From NCBI GenBank assembly GCA_002493865.1, contig DLAC01000001.1:1330-53543 (forward strand): a stretch of 52,214 nucleotides of DNA, written 5' to 3'. The notes beneath the pieces were generated by a model. The model worked only from the letters and a program-made list of their open reading frames with translations. It did no database searches and was not told the DNA's origin. This DNA is from Bacillales bacterium UBA7057 (GTDB lineage Bacteria; Bacillota_I; Bacilli_A; RF39; UBA660). Position 1 is the first letter of the stretch. Each line of letters begins with the position of its first letter. Position numbers and translations under genes: made by a program. Positions 1-9,142 of this stretch are shown here, one piece after another.

Positions 1-935
1 GCAAAAAACTGCTTAATTAAGACTAAAAATATTAGAACAAAAATAACACAATATAGAATAGTAATTGTATTAGAAATATTTGAAAGTACTGTTTCATAGT
101 AATCATAAGCAGGAATTACAATCGTGTCTATCATATTAAAATTCTTTTTTTCTAATTCTTCTTTTACCAATTCCATATTTTTATATTGATCAACCTGAAC
201 ATAGAAAGCAGTTGACTCTTCATCATCTTGGCTAGTAGTATCATCATCAATCTGATTTCTTGAATTCATATATATAGTATTTATTGTTGACTCCTTCACA
301 TAGCAAATATTTTCATCAGTTGATGTAGCATGATTCTTATATATTCCCACTAGTTTTAATGAAAGTTCAAGATCTTCTTGCATTGTGTCATAGTTCGTAT
401 AATTTAGTATAATATTTTGATTTAGATACTTTTTTAAATTTACCATATCAAATCGATTATATTTTTTTAGATTGCCTCCAATAGGGAAAAAATTTTGTGG
501 GCAAATCAAATAATTATGGTTATTGTCGTCGGGGAATGTACTTCCCTCTACAATTTCCGGGAGGCTCTCATTGGTAGCTGCTTGTAGATTGATTCTTCCA
601 TCTCGCTTATTATCCTTTTTAAATTTTTTAATAATTCCACCGTTCCACCAGGTTGTATGATGAAAAACTCCAACAACATGTTCTATTTCTTCCAATTCTG
701 TTCGTACTTGATCTTTAAAATCCTCAACAGACAGTTTCTCTTCATTTATTTTTGAAACCCAATAAGTATTATAATATATATCCTCTTTTATATCCCCGTA
801 ATATCCATGATAACTTGTATCATAGTATGTTTTAAAAATAATTGTAAGAGACATAATAATGCCAATCAATATGAATGTAAGAATTGTAGTTTTCTTTCTA
901 AATATTGGTTTTAAGAGAGCGAATTTGTTTTGCAT
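1..935 (-). CDS. ABC transporter permease, FtsX/MacB-type (5' part only; gene runs off the left edge)
   Basis: Absent from the ORF track because the frame is open to position 1. The ATG at 935-933 overlaps the end of the upstream ATPase gene. My translation starts MQNKFALLKPIFRKKTTILTFILIGIIMSLTIIF (N-terminal TM helix). A long hydrophilic loop follows, then a second hydrophobic helix near the window edge. This is the MacB/FtsX layout. Confidence 0.6.
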   Translation of the reverse strand, partial: MQNKFALLKPIFRKKTTILTFILIGIIMSLTIIFKTYYDTSYHGYYGDIKEDIYYNTYWVSKINEEKLSVEDFKDQVRTELEEIEHVVGVFHHTTWWNGGIIKKFKKDNKRDGRINLQAATNESLPEIVEGSTFPDDNNHNYLICPQNFFPIGGNLKKYNRFDMVNLKKYLNQNIILNYTNYDTMQEDLELSLKLVGIYKNHATSTDENICYVKESTINTIYMNSRNQIDDDTTSQDDEESTAFYVQVDQYKNMELVKEELEKKNFNMIDTIVIPAYDYYETVLSNISNTITILYCVIFVLIFLVLIKQFF

Positions 936-1603
936 ATTAATCCACCACCCTTAATTTCAATCACTTCATCTGCATATTTCATGGTTTTTTCATTATGACT
1001 AACAACAATAATACACTTACCATCTTTTGCCAAACCCTTTAAAATATTTAAGATATTATCTTCATTTTCCGAGTCCAGAGAGCCAGTAGGTTCATCTGCT
1101 AAAATAATAGTAGGATTATTAATTAGCGCTCTCGCGATTGCTACCCTTTGTTGCTCCCCACCACTTAATTCCTTTGGATAATGCGCTTTTCTATCTTTTA
1201 ACCCCATAATATCCAGTAAATTAAGTGCTCTCTTTCTTATCTCTTTTTTTGATTTAGTTCTATCCAAATACATAGGTAACATTACATTTTCTATAGCAGT
1301 CATTGTAGGTATTAGATAAAAAGATTGAAAGACAAAACCTATTTTCTGATTTCTTAAACTTGACTTCTGCTTACTATTTAATTTTGAAGCATCCTGATTA
1401 TCAACCAAAATCTGCCCCTCATCATATTCCTTCAATAGACCTAATATTTCAACAAAAGTAGTCTTACCTGCACCACTTTTTCCATTTACACAATAAAACT
1501 TGCCCGCATTAAACTGATAATTCAGATGATCCAAAACAATTATTTTTTTCTTTTTCTTTAAATAGGTTTTTGTTAGATTCTTAACTTTTAAAACTTCTTT
1601 CAT
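911..1603 (-). CDS. ABC transporter ATP-binding protein (MacB/LolD-like)
   Basis: Walker A GKSGAGKTT, ABC signature LSGGEQQRVAIARAL, Walker B IILADEPT, H-loop VSHN. RBS AGAGGTGAAGT lies before the ATG. Confidence 0.9.
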   Translation of the reverse strand: MKEVLKVKNLTKTYLKKKKKIIVLDHLNYQFNAGKFYCVNGKSGAGKTTFVEILGLLKEYDEGQILVDNQDASKLNSKQKSSLRNQKIGFVFQSFYLIPTMTAIENVMLPMYLDRTKSKKEIRKRALNLLDIMGLKDRKAHYPKELSGGEQQRVAIARALINNPTIILADEPTGSLDSENEDNILNILKGLAKDGKCIIVVSHNEKTMKYADEVIEIKGGGLICKTNSLS

Positions 1604-1629
1604 ACTTCACCTCTAAATACTAGATAATG

Positions 1630-1671
1630 ATATAGTAAAGCAATCTTAATATTAAAATTGCTTTACTATAT
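1630..1671. repeat. Perfect 15-bp inverted repeat (ATATAGTAAAGCAAT / ATTGCTTTACTATAT) with a 12-nt spacer, between the secreted-protein gene and the ABC ATPase gene
   Basis: Read directly from the sequence. No adjacent T-run on either strand, so an operator or RNA processing/stability stem is more likely than an intrinsic terminator. A short AAAAGGT/ACCTTTT hairpin plus T-run lies just upstream of it on the minus strand (about 1672-1700). Confidence 0.6.
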
Positions 1672-1703
1672 CAAAAAAGGTTTATCACCTTTTTTGAAAA
1701 AAA

Positions 1704-2105
1704 CTAATTAACATCTGAATACATCCAGTAGCCACTCCAGTCAGCATAACTCAAACCTGTCTCTTGATTTTTACCATAAAGTCGCAATAACCAACTTCCA
1801 ACACCTACATAACCACGTTGTACGCTAACATACCCTACTTGACCAACATCTTGCTTAAATCCAAGTTTTTGAACATAAGTATTGCCAGAAAATAAATAGG
1901 CACGAATATAAGTTCCAGGAGTTCCAGCACCATGTCCATTACTAGTAATTGTAGATGCAAGATATGCCTTTGAAGCAGAATAATTTCTTGAAACAACTGT
2001 GCTTGATGTTACATTTAGCTGAACACTAGAACTTGCAGAAACTACCACAATTCCAGTAAACATAATTGCTACTACTACGAATAATGTTAATACTTTTTTC
2101 TTCAT
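1704..2105 (-). CDS. Small secreted protein, unknown family (133 aa with signal peptide)
   Basis: Start refined to MKKKVLTLFVVVAIMFTGIVVVSASS (RBS GAAAGGAAGT); the ORF track extends to 2141. Typical Sec signal peptide. The mature ~105 aa are Gly/Ser/Tyr/Val-rich, look beta-rich and contain no Cys. Confidence 0.6.
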   Translation of the reverse strand: MKKKVLTLFVVVAIMFTGIVVVSASSSVQLNVTSSTVVSRNYSASKAYLASTITSNGHGAGTPGTYIRAYLFSGNTYVQKLGFKQDVGQVGYVSVQRGYVGVGSWLLRLYGKNQETGLSYADWSGYWMYSDVN

Positions 2106-2383
2106 ACTTTTACTTCCTTTCTTTTCATCTATAACAAACATTTATTTACAACTCGTACGCATTTTGTAAAAAACGTTGTTACCTAAATTATTAATCTATC
2201 TCTTTAAATTTCACCAAAAATCGACAATTTTCGCACACTTATATCTAAACAATAACATATTTTTTCCTTGAAATTTCAAAAAGGTGGGATTTGGTAAGTT
2301 TTTGGTGATATTTAGAATAATGTTCTATTAATTGATTTTTTAGAAAGGAATATTTTAAGTATTAAATCTATGAAAAAAAGAGA

Positions 2384-3082
2384 CTAGTCATCCCGATCTC
2401 TTCCAACTAAAATTAAAACATATCTTAAAATTTCAAGTAGAGTGGTTGCAAGTCCTGCAACATAAGTCATAGCTGCAGCCTTTAACATTTCTTCACTACC
2501 GGTATGTTCTTTTTTATCAAGAATCTTCATTTTATCCAAATATACAAGAGCCCTCTTCGATGCATCAAACTCAACAGGTAATGTAATTAATTGAAATAAT
2601 AAGATAACGAGTAGTAACCCGATTCCACCCCATGCAAGATTTAGCATGTTAAAGAAAAATCCAATCATAATCGCAAGATATCCAAACTTAGAAGCAAAAC
2701 TAACGAGTGGAAAAATAAACCCACGAAGACGGATAAAAAAGTATCCCTCTTTATCTTGAATTGCATGTCCTACCTCATGGGCTGCAACACTAACTGAAGC
2801 AATGCTCTCCCCATGATAAATGTCTGTAGATAAACGAACTACTTTGCGATTAGGGTCATAATGATCTGTTAACGTACCCTTGACTTCTGTCACATAGACA
2901 TCTGTAAGACCATTTTCATCTAGAATCATACGAGCAACTTCTTGCCCTGACAATCCTTTTTTATTGTTTACTTGTCGATAAGTCTTATATTTACTATTGA
3001 CAAAGTATTCAGCAATTAAAGTAATAACGACTCCAATAAAAACAAGTCCATATCCTATGAAATCATAACCATAATATGGCAT
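2384..3082 (-). CDS. Membrane zinc metallopeptidase, YugP-like (Zn_peptidase_2 type)
   Basis: HEVGHAIQ zinc motif. N-terminal TM plus C-terminal TM helices. Overall layout matches B. subtilis YugP-type proteins. Confidence 0.7.
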   Translation of the reverse strand: MPYYGYDFIGYGLVFIGVVITLIAEYFVNSKYKTYRQVNNKKGLSGQEVARMILDENGLTDVYVTEVKGTLTDHYDPNRKVVRLSTDIYHGESIASVSVAAHEVGHAIQDKEGYFFIRLRGFIFPLVSFASKFGYLAIMIGFFFNMLNLAWGGIGLLLVILLFQLITLPVEFDASKRALVYLDKMKILDKKEHTGSEEMLKAAAMTYVAGLATTLLEILRYVLILVGRDRDD

Positions 3083-3093
3083 ATTACCCCTCC

Positions 3094-4488
3094 TTATAAC
3101 AATTCATAAGTAGTACCATCACGGCTGTCAATTAAACGAATTCCCTTTTCTAATAACTCATCACGAATCGAATCTGCCTTTTCGTAATCTTTATTTTGTT
3201 TCGCAATATTTCTCTCTTCAATCTTATTTTGAATATAACTTTCTAAATCTTGATCTACTTCTTTTTCATCACTAGTTAAATCCAAAGATAATACTTTATC
3301 AAAGTCTTCAATTAAATAAAGTTTCGTAAAATCAGTTAATTCCTCGTCTTTTAAAACATCATAGACTAGTGTTAACATACTAGATGTATTTAAGTCATTG
3401 GAAATTGCTTCCTTAAAAGCATTTTGATAAAAATCAATTTTTCCTTCTTTTAAGTCTGGTGTACGGTCTAATTTTTCAATTCTTTTCTTTAGTTTTGCAT
3501 AAGCTTGTGCTGCCTGATCTAAGGCTTCATAAGTAAATGTTAATACTTTTCGGTAATGACTTCCTAAGCAGAAGTAACGATATGCGAGAGGATCATAACC
3601 TTTTTCTTCTAAAAGAGAAACAGTTAAAAATTCTCCATTCGATTTACTCATCTTGCCACTTTGATCATTTAAATGTTCTCCATGAACCCAGTAATTACAC
3701 CATTTATGTCCAAAGTAGGCTTCGCTTTGTGCAATTTCATTGGTATGATGAGGAAAAATATTATCGACTCCACCACAGTGAATGTCTAAGTATTCCCCTA
3801 AATATTTACCACTGATTCCACTACACTCAATGTGCCACCCAGGATATCCAACACCCCAAGGGGAATCCCATTTCATCTCTTGATTTGAAAATTTACTGAC
3901 CGTAAACCATAGACCAAAGTCACCAGGATTTCTCTTCGACTTATCTTCCTCTACGGTTTCACGAACTCCTACATATAAGTCTTCTGGATTCTTTCCAGAT
4001 AATTGATAATAATCTTTTGCCTTGCTGATATCAAAATATACATTTCCATCAGAAATATAAGCATACCCATCTTGTAACATTTTTTCAATCATTTTGATAT
4101 AAGTATCAATGTGATGACTCGCGGGTTCTACTGTAATTGGTTTTTGAATATTTAACTTCTCACAATCTTTAAAGAAAGCATCTGTATAAAACTGTGCAAT
4201 TTCATGAACGGTTTTTCCTTCACGGCGTGCACCCTTTTCCATCTTATCTTCGCCTTCATCCGCATCACTGGTCAAATGCCCAACGTCTGTAATATTCATG
4301 ACACGTTTCACATCATATCCTAAATAACGAAGTCCTTTTTCTAAAATATCTTCGAAAATATAGGTACGTAAATTTCCAATATGTGCATAATGATAAACCG
4401 TAGGTCCACAAGTATAAAGACGGACAACCCCCTCTTCCCTTGGAACAAACTCTTCAACTTGACGATTTAATGTATTGTATAATTTCAT
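3094..4488 (-). CDS. cysS: Cysteine--tRNA ligase
   Basis: Class I signatures HIGN (AHIGNLRTY) and KMSKS. Conserved [11 protein letters not shown] and WHIECS zinc/cysteine-binding blocks. 464 aa. Confidence 0.95.
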   Translation of the reverse strand: MKLYNTLNRQVEEFVPREEGVVRLYTCGPTVYHYAHIGNLRTYIFEDILEKGLRYLGYDVKRVMNITDVGHLTSDADEGEDKMEKGARREGKTVHEIAQFYTDAFFKDCEKLNIQKPITVEPASHHIDTYIKMIEKMLQDGYAYISDGNVYFDISKAKDYYQLSGKNPEDLYVGVRETVEEDKSKRNPGDFGLWFTVSKFSNQEMKWDSPWGVGYPGWHIECSGISGKYLGEYLDIHCGGVDNIFPHHTNEIAQSEAYFGHKWCNYWVHGEHLNDQSGKMSKSNGEFLTVSLLEEKGYDPLAYRYFCLGSHYRKVLTFTYEALDQAAQAYAKLKKRIEKLDRTPDLKEGKIDFYQNAFKEAISNDLNTSSMLTLVYDVLKDEELTDFTKLYLIEDFDKVLSLDLTSDEKEVDQDLESYIQNKIEERNIAKQNKDYEKADSIRDELLEKGIRLIDSRDGTTYELL

Positions 4489-4551
4489 ATTTCCTCCTAC
4501 TACATAATACCAAATTATTATGGGAATATTATGGTTTTTGAACTCATTTTT

Positions 4552-4580
4552 ATTATAACACGCACTTACCCATTCGTAAA
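4552..4580 (-). promoter_or_regulatory. Sigma-A-type promoter for cysS (TTTACG-17-TATAAT with TGT extended -10)
   Basis: The minus strand reads TTTACGAATGGGTAAGTGCGTGTTATAAT, about 60 nt upstream of the cysS RBS AGGAGG. Confidence 0.5.
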
Positions 4581-4605
4581 TGAAAGATAAAAGAAAAAGG
4601 GAAAA

Positions 4606-6906
4606 TCATATGCTCTCTATGTGAACGTGATTTTGCCCTAATAAAATTTTTTCTATTACATAGGAATCTACTTTATCTTCAATGACTTTTCTAACCTTTC
4701 TTGCGCCAAATTCTGAATAGTTCGTAAGATCTAAAATTTGAGAGACTGTCTTAGATCCTAGTTGTAATTGAATTCCTTTTTCCTTAAACTTACTTCTAAC
4801 TTCTTTTAATTGTTTTTTTATAATCTCTTCCATCACCTCGGATGACAGATAAGAAAACTCAATAATTTTTCCAATTCGATTGACAAGCTCGACAGACATA
4901 AAATCTTGAATATCTTGCTCTACCTTTTTAGAGGATGTAGAAAATCCAAGAGGTTTCCCGTTAGTTCCTAAATTCGAAGTCATAATAATCATATGATGGG
5001 TAAAAGATACAGAGTTTCCCTTAGAATCCATGAGACGTCCATCTTCTAACATTTGTAAAAAAAGGTTTAAAACACTAGGGTGTGCTTTTTCTATTTCATC
5101 GAATAGAATCACGGCATGTGGTTTATTTCTAATTTCTTCTAATCGATTCGTACAATCATCATATCCAACATATCCGGGATTAGAACCGATAATTTTACTA
5201 ATAGAACTACTATCTGCATACTCGCTCATATCAAAACGAATAAAGTTCCCTTCTCCAAATAAAAGGTTACTATATTTTTCAGCAAGTAAAGTTTTTCCAA
5301 CCCCCGTAGGTCCTACAAACAAAAAGGAAGATGGCCTTTTAGAATCATGAAATCCAAGTTGAATTCGCTTAGTAACTTTGATAAGTTCATCGATTGCAGA
5401 ATCCTGTCCCTTAATTTCTTGCTTCAATTTTTTTTCTAGGCGATGGAACAATCCGTGTTGTAAATTCCCTACTTCATAAACAGGAATCTTAGTCTTACGA
5501 CTAATTACTTTAGAAACATCCTCTAACTTCACTGCTTTCAAATAAGAATGTCCATTCATTTTTAACTCCAAAGAATTAATTTTACTCGTAAGTTCCTTTT
5601 CCGCCCGTTTTAGACTGGATGCCTCATGAAATTTTTGACTCATGATACACTTATTTTTTTGTTTTAATAAATCCGCTAATTGTTCCTGATATTCCCCAAG
5701 TAATTTTCCTTTTCGATTTTTAGAAAGAGAAACACGAGAACAAACCTCATCTAAGATATCTAAAGATTTATCTGGTTGTTTTCGATTATTGATATAACGA
5801 TTGGTTAAAGAAATGATATTTTTTAAAATGGAATCCGATACTTGTACATGGTGATATTCCTCATATAGAGGTCGAAGTTTCGTTAAGATTTCATAGACGG
5901 TTTCATCTCTGGGTTCTTCAATAAAGACGCTTTGGAATCTACGATCAATGGCCTTATCTTTTTCAATAGATTGCTTATATTCATCCGTTGTGGTCGCACC
6001 AATTAAGCGAATCTTCCCACGAGCGAGCGCTGGTTTAAAAATATTGGCAGCGTCAATCGCACCTTCTGCTCCACCGGCACCCATTAATGTATGCACTTCG
6101 TCGATAAATAATAAGATACTGTCATCTTTTTCAATTTCTCCAATCATTTTGGTAATTCTCTCTTCAAATTCCCCACGATACTTAGTCCCAGCAACCAAAG
6201 AGGCAATGGATACAGATAAAATTCTTTTTTCAAGTAATTGATCAGGAACCTGTTTTTTTACAATTCTTCTCGCAAGTTCTTCGACAATGGCAGTCTTCCC
6301 AACTCCCGCATCTCCAATTAATAAAGGATTATTTTTGGTACGTCTACAAAGAATTTCCATCACTCGAGATAGCTCTTCTTCTCTACCAATCACAGGATCT
6401 AATCGATTGAGAGATGCTTCTTTCGTTAAATCTAATCCAAAGTCTTCAATCATTAATTTTTTATTTCCTTTTTTCTTTCGAACGATGACCTTACTAGAAA
6501 AATATTCTTGAAGTTCTCCCATATCTACATCCATTTGATTTAAAATTCGGATTGCTACACCTTCCCCTTCTTCTAAAACAGCTAGAAACAATTGATCACT
6601 GGTTACTTCTCCGTTGTTTGTCTCTTTCGCAAGTAAAATGGAAGTTTCAATTACTCTTTTTAAAAGAGGTGTAAACAGGAACCATCCATTCTCTTCTTTC
6701 CCCATTCCAATTTGTTCTACTACTCGGTCATAAAAGTCTTGATAAGTAATATGAAACTCCCCTAGTTTCTTTTTTAATTCCAAATTATTTTTTAGAATGG
6801 ATAAAACTAAGTGTTCACTGCCAACATAAGGATGCTTTAAATTCTGCATTTCTCTTTTCGCACCAAGCAGAACTTTCTGTGCTTCTTCACTAAATTTAGA
6901 AAACAT
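4606..6906 (-). CDS. clpC: ATP-dependent Clp protease ATP-binding subunit ClpC-like (class III AAA+ chaperone)
   Basis: Clp_N repeat at the N-terminus (FSEEAQKVLLGAKREMQNLKHPYVGSEHLVLSIL). Two AAA+ modules with Walker A GDAGVGKT and GPTGVGKT. 766 aa. Ends in TGA. Confidence 0.85.
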   Translation of the reverse strand: MFSKFSEEAQKVLLGAKREMQNLKHPYVGSEHLVLSILKNNLELKKKLGEFHITYQDFYDRVVEQIGMGKEENGWFLFTPLLKRVIETSILLAKETNNGEVTSDQLFLAVLEEGEGVAIRILNQMDVDMGELQEYFSSKVIVRKKKGNKKLMIEDFGLDLTKEASLNRLDPVIGREEELSRVMEILCRRTKNNPLLIGDAGVGKTAIVEELARRIVKKQVPDQLLEKRILSVSIASLVAGTKYRGEFEERITKMIGEIEKDDSILLFIDEVHTLMGAGGAEGAIDAANIFKPALARGKIRLIGATTTDEYKQSIEKDKAIDRRFQSVFIEEPRDETVYEILTKLRPLYEEYHHVQVSDSILKNIISLTNRYINNRKQPDKSLDILDEVCSRVSLSKNRKGKLLGEYQEQLADLLKQKNKCIMSQKFHEASSLKRAEKELTSKINSLELKMNGHSYLKAVKLEDVSKVISRKTKIPVYEVGNLQHGLFHRLEKKLKQEIKGQDSAIDELIKVTKRIQLGFHDSKRPSSFLFVGPTGVGKTLLAEKYSNLLFGEGNFIRFDMSEYADSSSISKIIGSNPGYVGYDDCTNRLEEIRNKPHAVILFDEIEKAHPSVLNLFLQMLEDGRLMDSKGNSVSFTHHMIIMTSNLGTNGKPLGFSTSSKKVEQDIQDFMSVELVNRIGKIIEFSYLSSEVMEEIIKKQLKEVRSKFKEKGIQLQLGSKTVSQILDLTNYSEFGARKVRKVIEDKVDSYVIEKILLGQNHVHIESI

Positions 6907-6965
6907 AACAATCCCTCCTATTTTCAGTCTATGATTATTATGCTAAATTTAGAATATTTTTAAAC

Positions 6966-6996
6966 AGAAAAAGAAAAAAGAGCAACAAGCTCTTTA
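6966..6996 (-). terminator. Rho-independent terminator downstream of ORF 7002-7298
   Basis: The minus strand reads AAAGAGCTTGTTGCTCTTT followed by TTTCTTTTT. Confidence 0.6.
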
Positions 6997-7001
6997 TATT
7001 T

Positions 7002-7298
7002 CTAACGAACAGGTACACCAAATTCAGGAAAAACCTTTTGTTGAGTTTTCTGATTTTGATAAGCCTTTACTTTTACTGGTACATGATTCTCATACAATAA
7101 ACTACATCCACCGACCTGACCATAGCCTGAATGACTAACTGGGTGATATCCAGGTGGACAACTAACAAATGAAGTTTTTTCATGATCACTAGAAAAAATA
7201 AATTTTTTACTATTTTGATAATCAATCAAAATATAATGCTTACCAGGTCGAAGGACAACCTCTCCTAAATAAATGTTTTTTGCTTTTCTCCCAAACAT
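7002..7298 (-). CDS. Hypothetical protein (98 aa)
   Basis: Start refined to MFGRKAKNIYLGEVV after RBS AAGGGGGT; the ORF track extends to 7325. No recognisable motif. Confidence 0.45.
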   Translation of the reverse strand: MFGRKAKNIYLGEVVLRPGKHYILIDYQNSKKFIFSSDHEKTSFVSCPPGYHPVSHSGYGQVGGCSLLYENHVPVKVKAYQNQKTQQKVFPEFGVPVR

Positions 7299-7352
7299 AT
7301 AATTTACCCCCTTGAGTTGACACATATAATAACATAAAATAGGAAAAATGTA

Positions 7353-7383
7353 AAGAAAAAGGATAGAACCGAAGTCCTATCCC
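7353..7383 (-). terminator. Rho-independent terminator downstream of the YfcC-like transporter gene
   Basis: The minus strand reads GGATAGGACTTCGGTTCTATCC followed by TTTTTCTTT. Confidence 0.6.
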
Positions 7384-7400
7384 TTCACTCTCTTATTATT

Positions 7401-8981
7401 TTATAAAGCTAAGATAATTAAGAAAATAACAACTAAAATAGCTAATAATGTTAGGAATAATTTCCAAATAAATTTTAACCATTGTTTATAAGAAACATTT
7501 AAATAAGAAAGTGTACCCATTAAGATAAAGCTTGTTGGTGCTACTAATAAAGCTAATCCATAAATAGATTGGAAAATAACAGAAATTAATGGGTATAGAC
7601 TTGAATCAGTAATTACACTTTGAACATATGGTAATGTACTTTGTGTAACATAAGTTAAATCAACATTGAAGAATGATGATAATAATGATACAAGCGTCAT
7701 AGTTACAACATTGATACCTGAAGTAAGATCAAGCAAGAACTTCGCAATGGTTAATTGGAATGGATGATAAGTAACAACAACTAATACTACATAAGTTAAT
7801 AAGATAACTACAGCAGGTTCAATTGCTCTTTTAAATCCATCACAAATTCCGTCGATAAAGTCATCCCATTTTACACGATATACAAGTGCTAAAATAATAG
7901 TAGCAATCATAATGAGTGCAGGAATTTCAATACCTAAACTCCATTGACCAAATGCTTGAACTTGTCCTAATAATTTTCCAAAAATCTCAAATCCAAAGAT
8001 TTCATAAGTAGTTACAGCCTCTGTTGCATCTTGGAACCAAGAAATTTCGAATAAACCATTCCAATCAAAAACTGAAATTGCCATACAAATGAGTACAAGA
8101 TCAAAGATAATGGCAAATGGCCAAATATTTGCTTTCTTTTCTGATTTTGATTTAACTACCAAAGTTTCAGAATTCTCTTTTGCCATAGCTGCACTATTTT
8201 TTGCTGGACGTCCTCTCTTACCAGTTGATTTGGTAGTAGATTTAGTAGATTTCTTAGTAGTTTTAGATTTTGCTGGTTGTTTCGCAACCTTTTTAGATTC
8301 TTTTACTACTACTTTTTCTGGTTCTACCATTGCTTCTTCTTTTGGTGTTTCTTTGACTTCAACTGTAGAATTTTTTGTCTTTTTGCTATAAAGAACAACT
8401 TGTGCAATTAGTAATACGATGAAGATGACTAAGATAATTACTTTTGAAATCATCTCATCAAAAGCAGTCAATCCTAACATTTGATTCATATAACTAGTTG
8501 TCATCGTTCCAAGTGTTGTACCTGCAATACCAGCAACTGTTGATCCAACGGTAACTGTTGCAGCCACTAAACGGTTGTATCCCATTTTGATAACGACATC
8601 AATCACAAATGGAAATACAAAGATAATAGGAATTGAAATTCCAGTAACTGAAACAATTACAGAGATTAGAATGATGATAGCGCTTAGGAAAAGATATTCC
8701 ATTCCCTTAAAACCATCTACAATCCTTTCAACTAATTGATGATAGGCAGAAGTTCTGTAAGCGACTCCATAGAAAATACCACAAGTAAGTACAAATAATA
8801 AGATACTTCCAAAATATTGTAGTGCAATTCCTGGATAAGCAAATAGGTCAAACAATCCTGCTTGGATTCTCTCCCCTTCTACAAGAGTATCTGTGAATTG
8901 TGTACTAGGAAATATCCAAGAACAAATTGCAACAGCAACAATCGTAAAGAGAAGAACTTTTAAAATACTATGTTTCTTCAT
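7401..8981 (-). CDS. YfcC/DcuC-type polytopic membrane transporter with a lysine-rich AT-hook-like insertion
   Basis: Start refined to MKKHSILKVLLF after RBS GGGAGGG; the ORF track extends to 9095. About 10 or more hydrophobic helices. A central ~85-aa hydrophilic K/S/T-rich loop contains GKRGRPAK. Confidence 0.6.
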   Translation of the reverse strand: MKKHSILKVLLFTIVAVAICSWIFPSTQFTDTLVEGERIQAGLFDLFAYPGIALQYFGSILLFVLTCGIFYGVAYRTSAYHQLVERIVDGFKGMEYLFLSAIIILISVIVSVTGISIPIIFVFPFVIDVVIKMGYNRLVAATVTVGSTVAGIAGTTLGTMTTSYMNQMLGLTAFDEMISKVIILVIFIVLLIAQVVLYSKKTKNSTVEVKETPKEEAMVEPEKVVVKESKKVAKQPAKSKTTKKSTKSTTKSTGKRGRPAKNSAAMAKENSETLVVKSKSEKKANIWPFAIIFDLVLICMAISVFDWNGLFEISWFQDATEAVTTYEIFGFEIFGKLLGQVQAFGQWSLGIEIPALIMIATIILALVYRVKWDDFIDGICDGFKRAIEPAVVILLTYVVLVVVTYHPFQLTIAKFLLDLTSGINVVTMTLVSLLSSFFNVDLTYVTQSTLPYVQSVITDSSLYPLISVIFQSIYGLALLVAPTSFILMGTLSYLNVSYKQWLKFIWKLFLTLLAILVVIFLIILAL

Positions 8982-9142
8982 ATTAACCCTCCCATTATTA
9001 ATTATAACAATATTTACTGTAAAATCAATATATTTAGGTGAAAGTTTGGTGAAATTTACCAAAGAATCAATTAAAAAAGAAAAAGAAAAAGTCAAAATTC
9101 ATCTAAAAAAATCCAACATTTCTGCTGAATTTTCTCTAAAAA

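Noticed and set aside
2206-2316. 10-nt inverted repeat TCACCAAAAA ... TTTTTGGTGA, separated by ~80 nt, upstream of the secreted-protein gene.
   Set aside because: It is short and A/T-rich in a very AT-rich intergenic region, so chance occurrence is plausible. No supporting structure or second copy was found.
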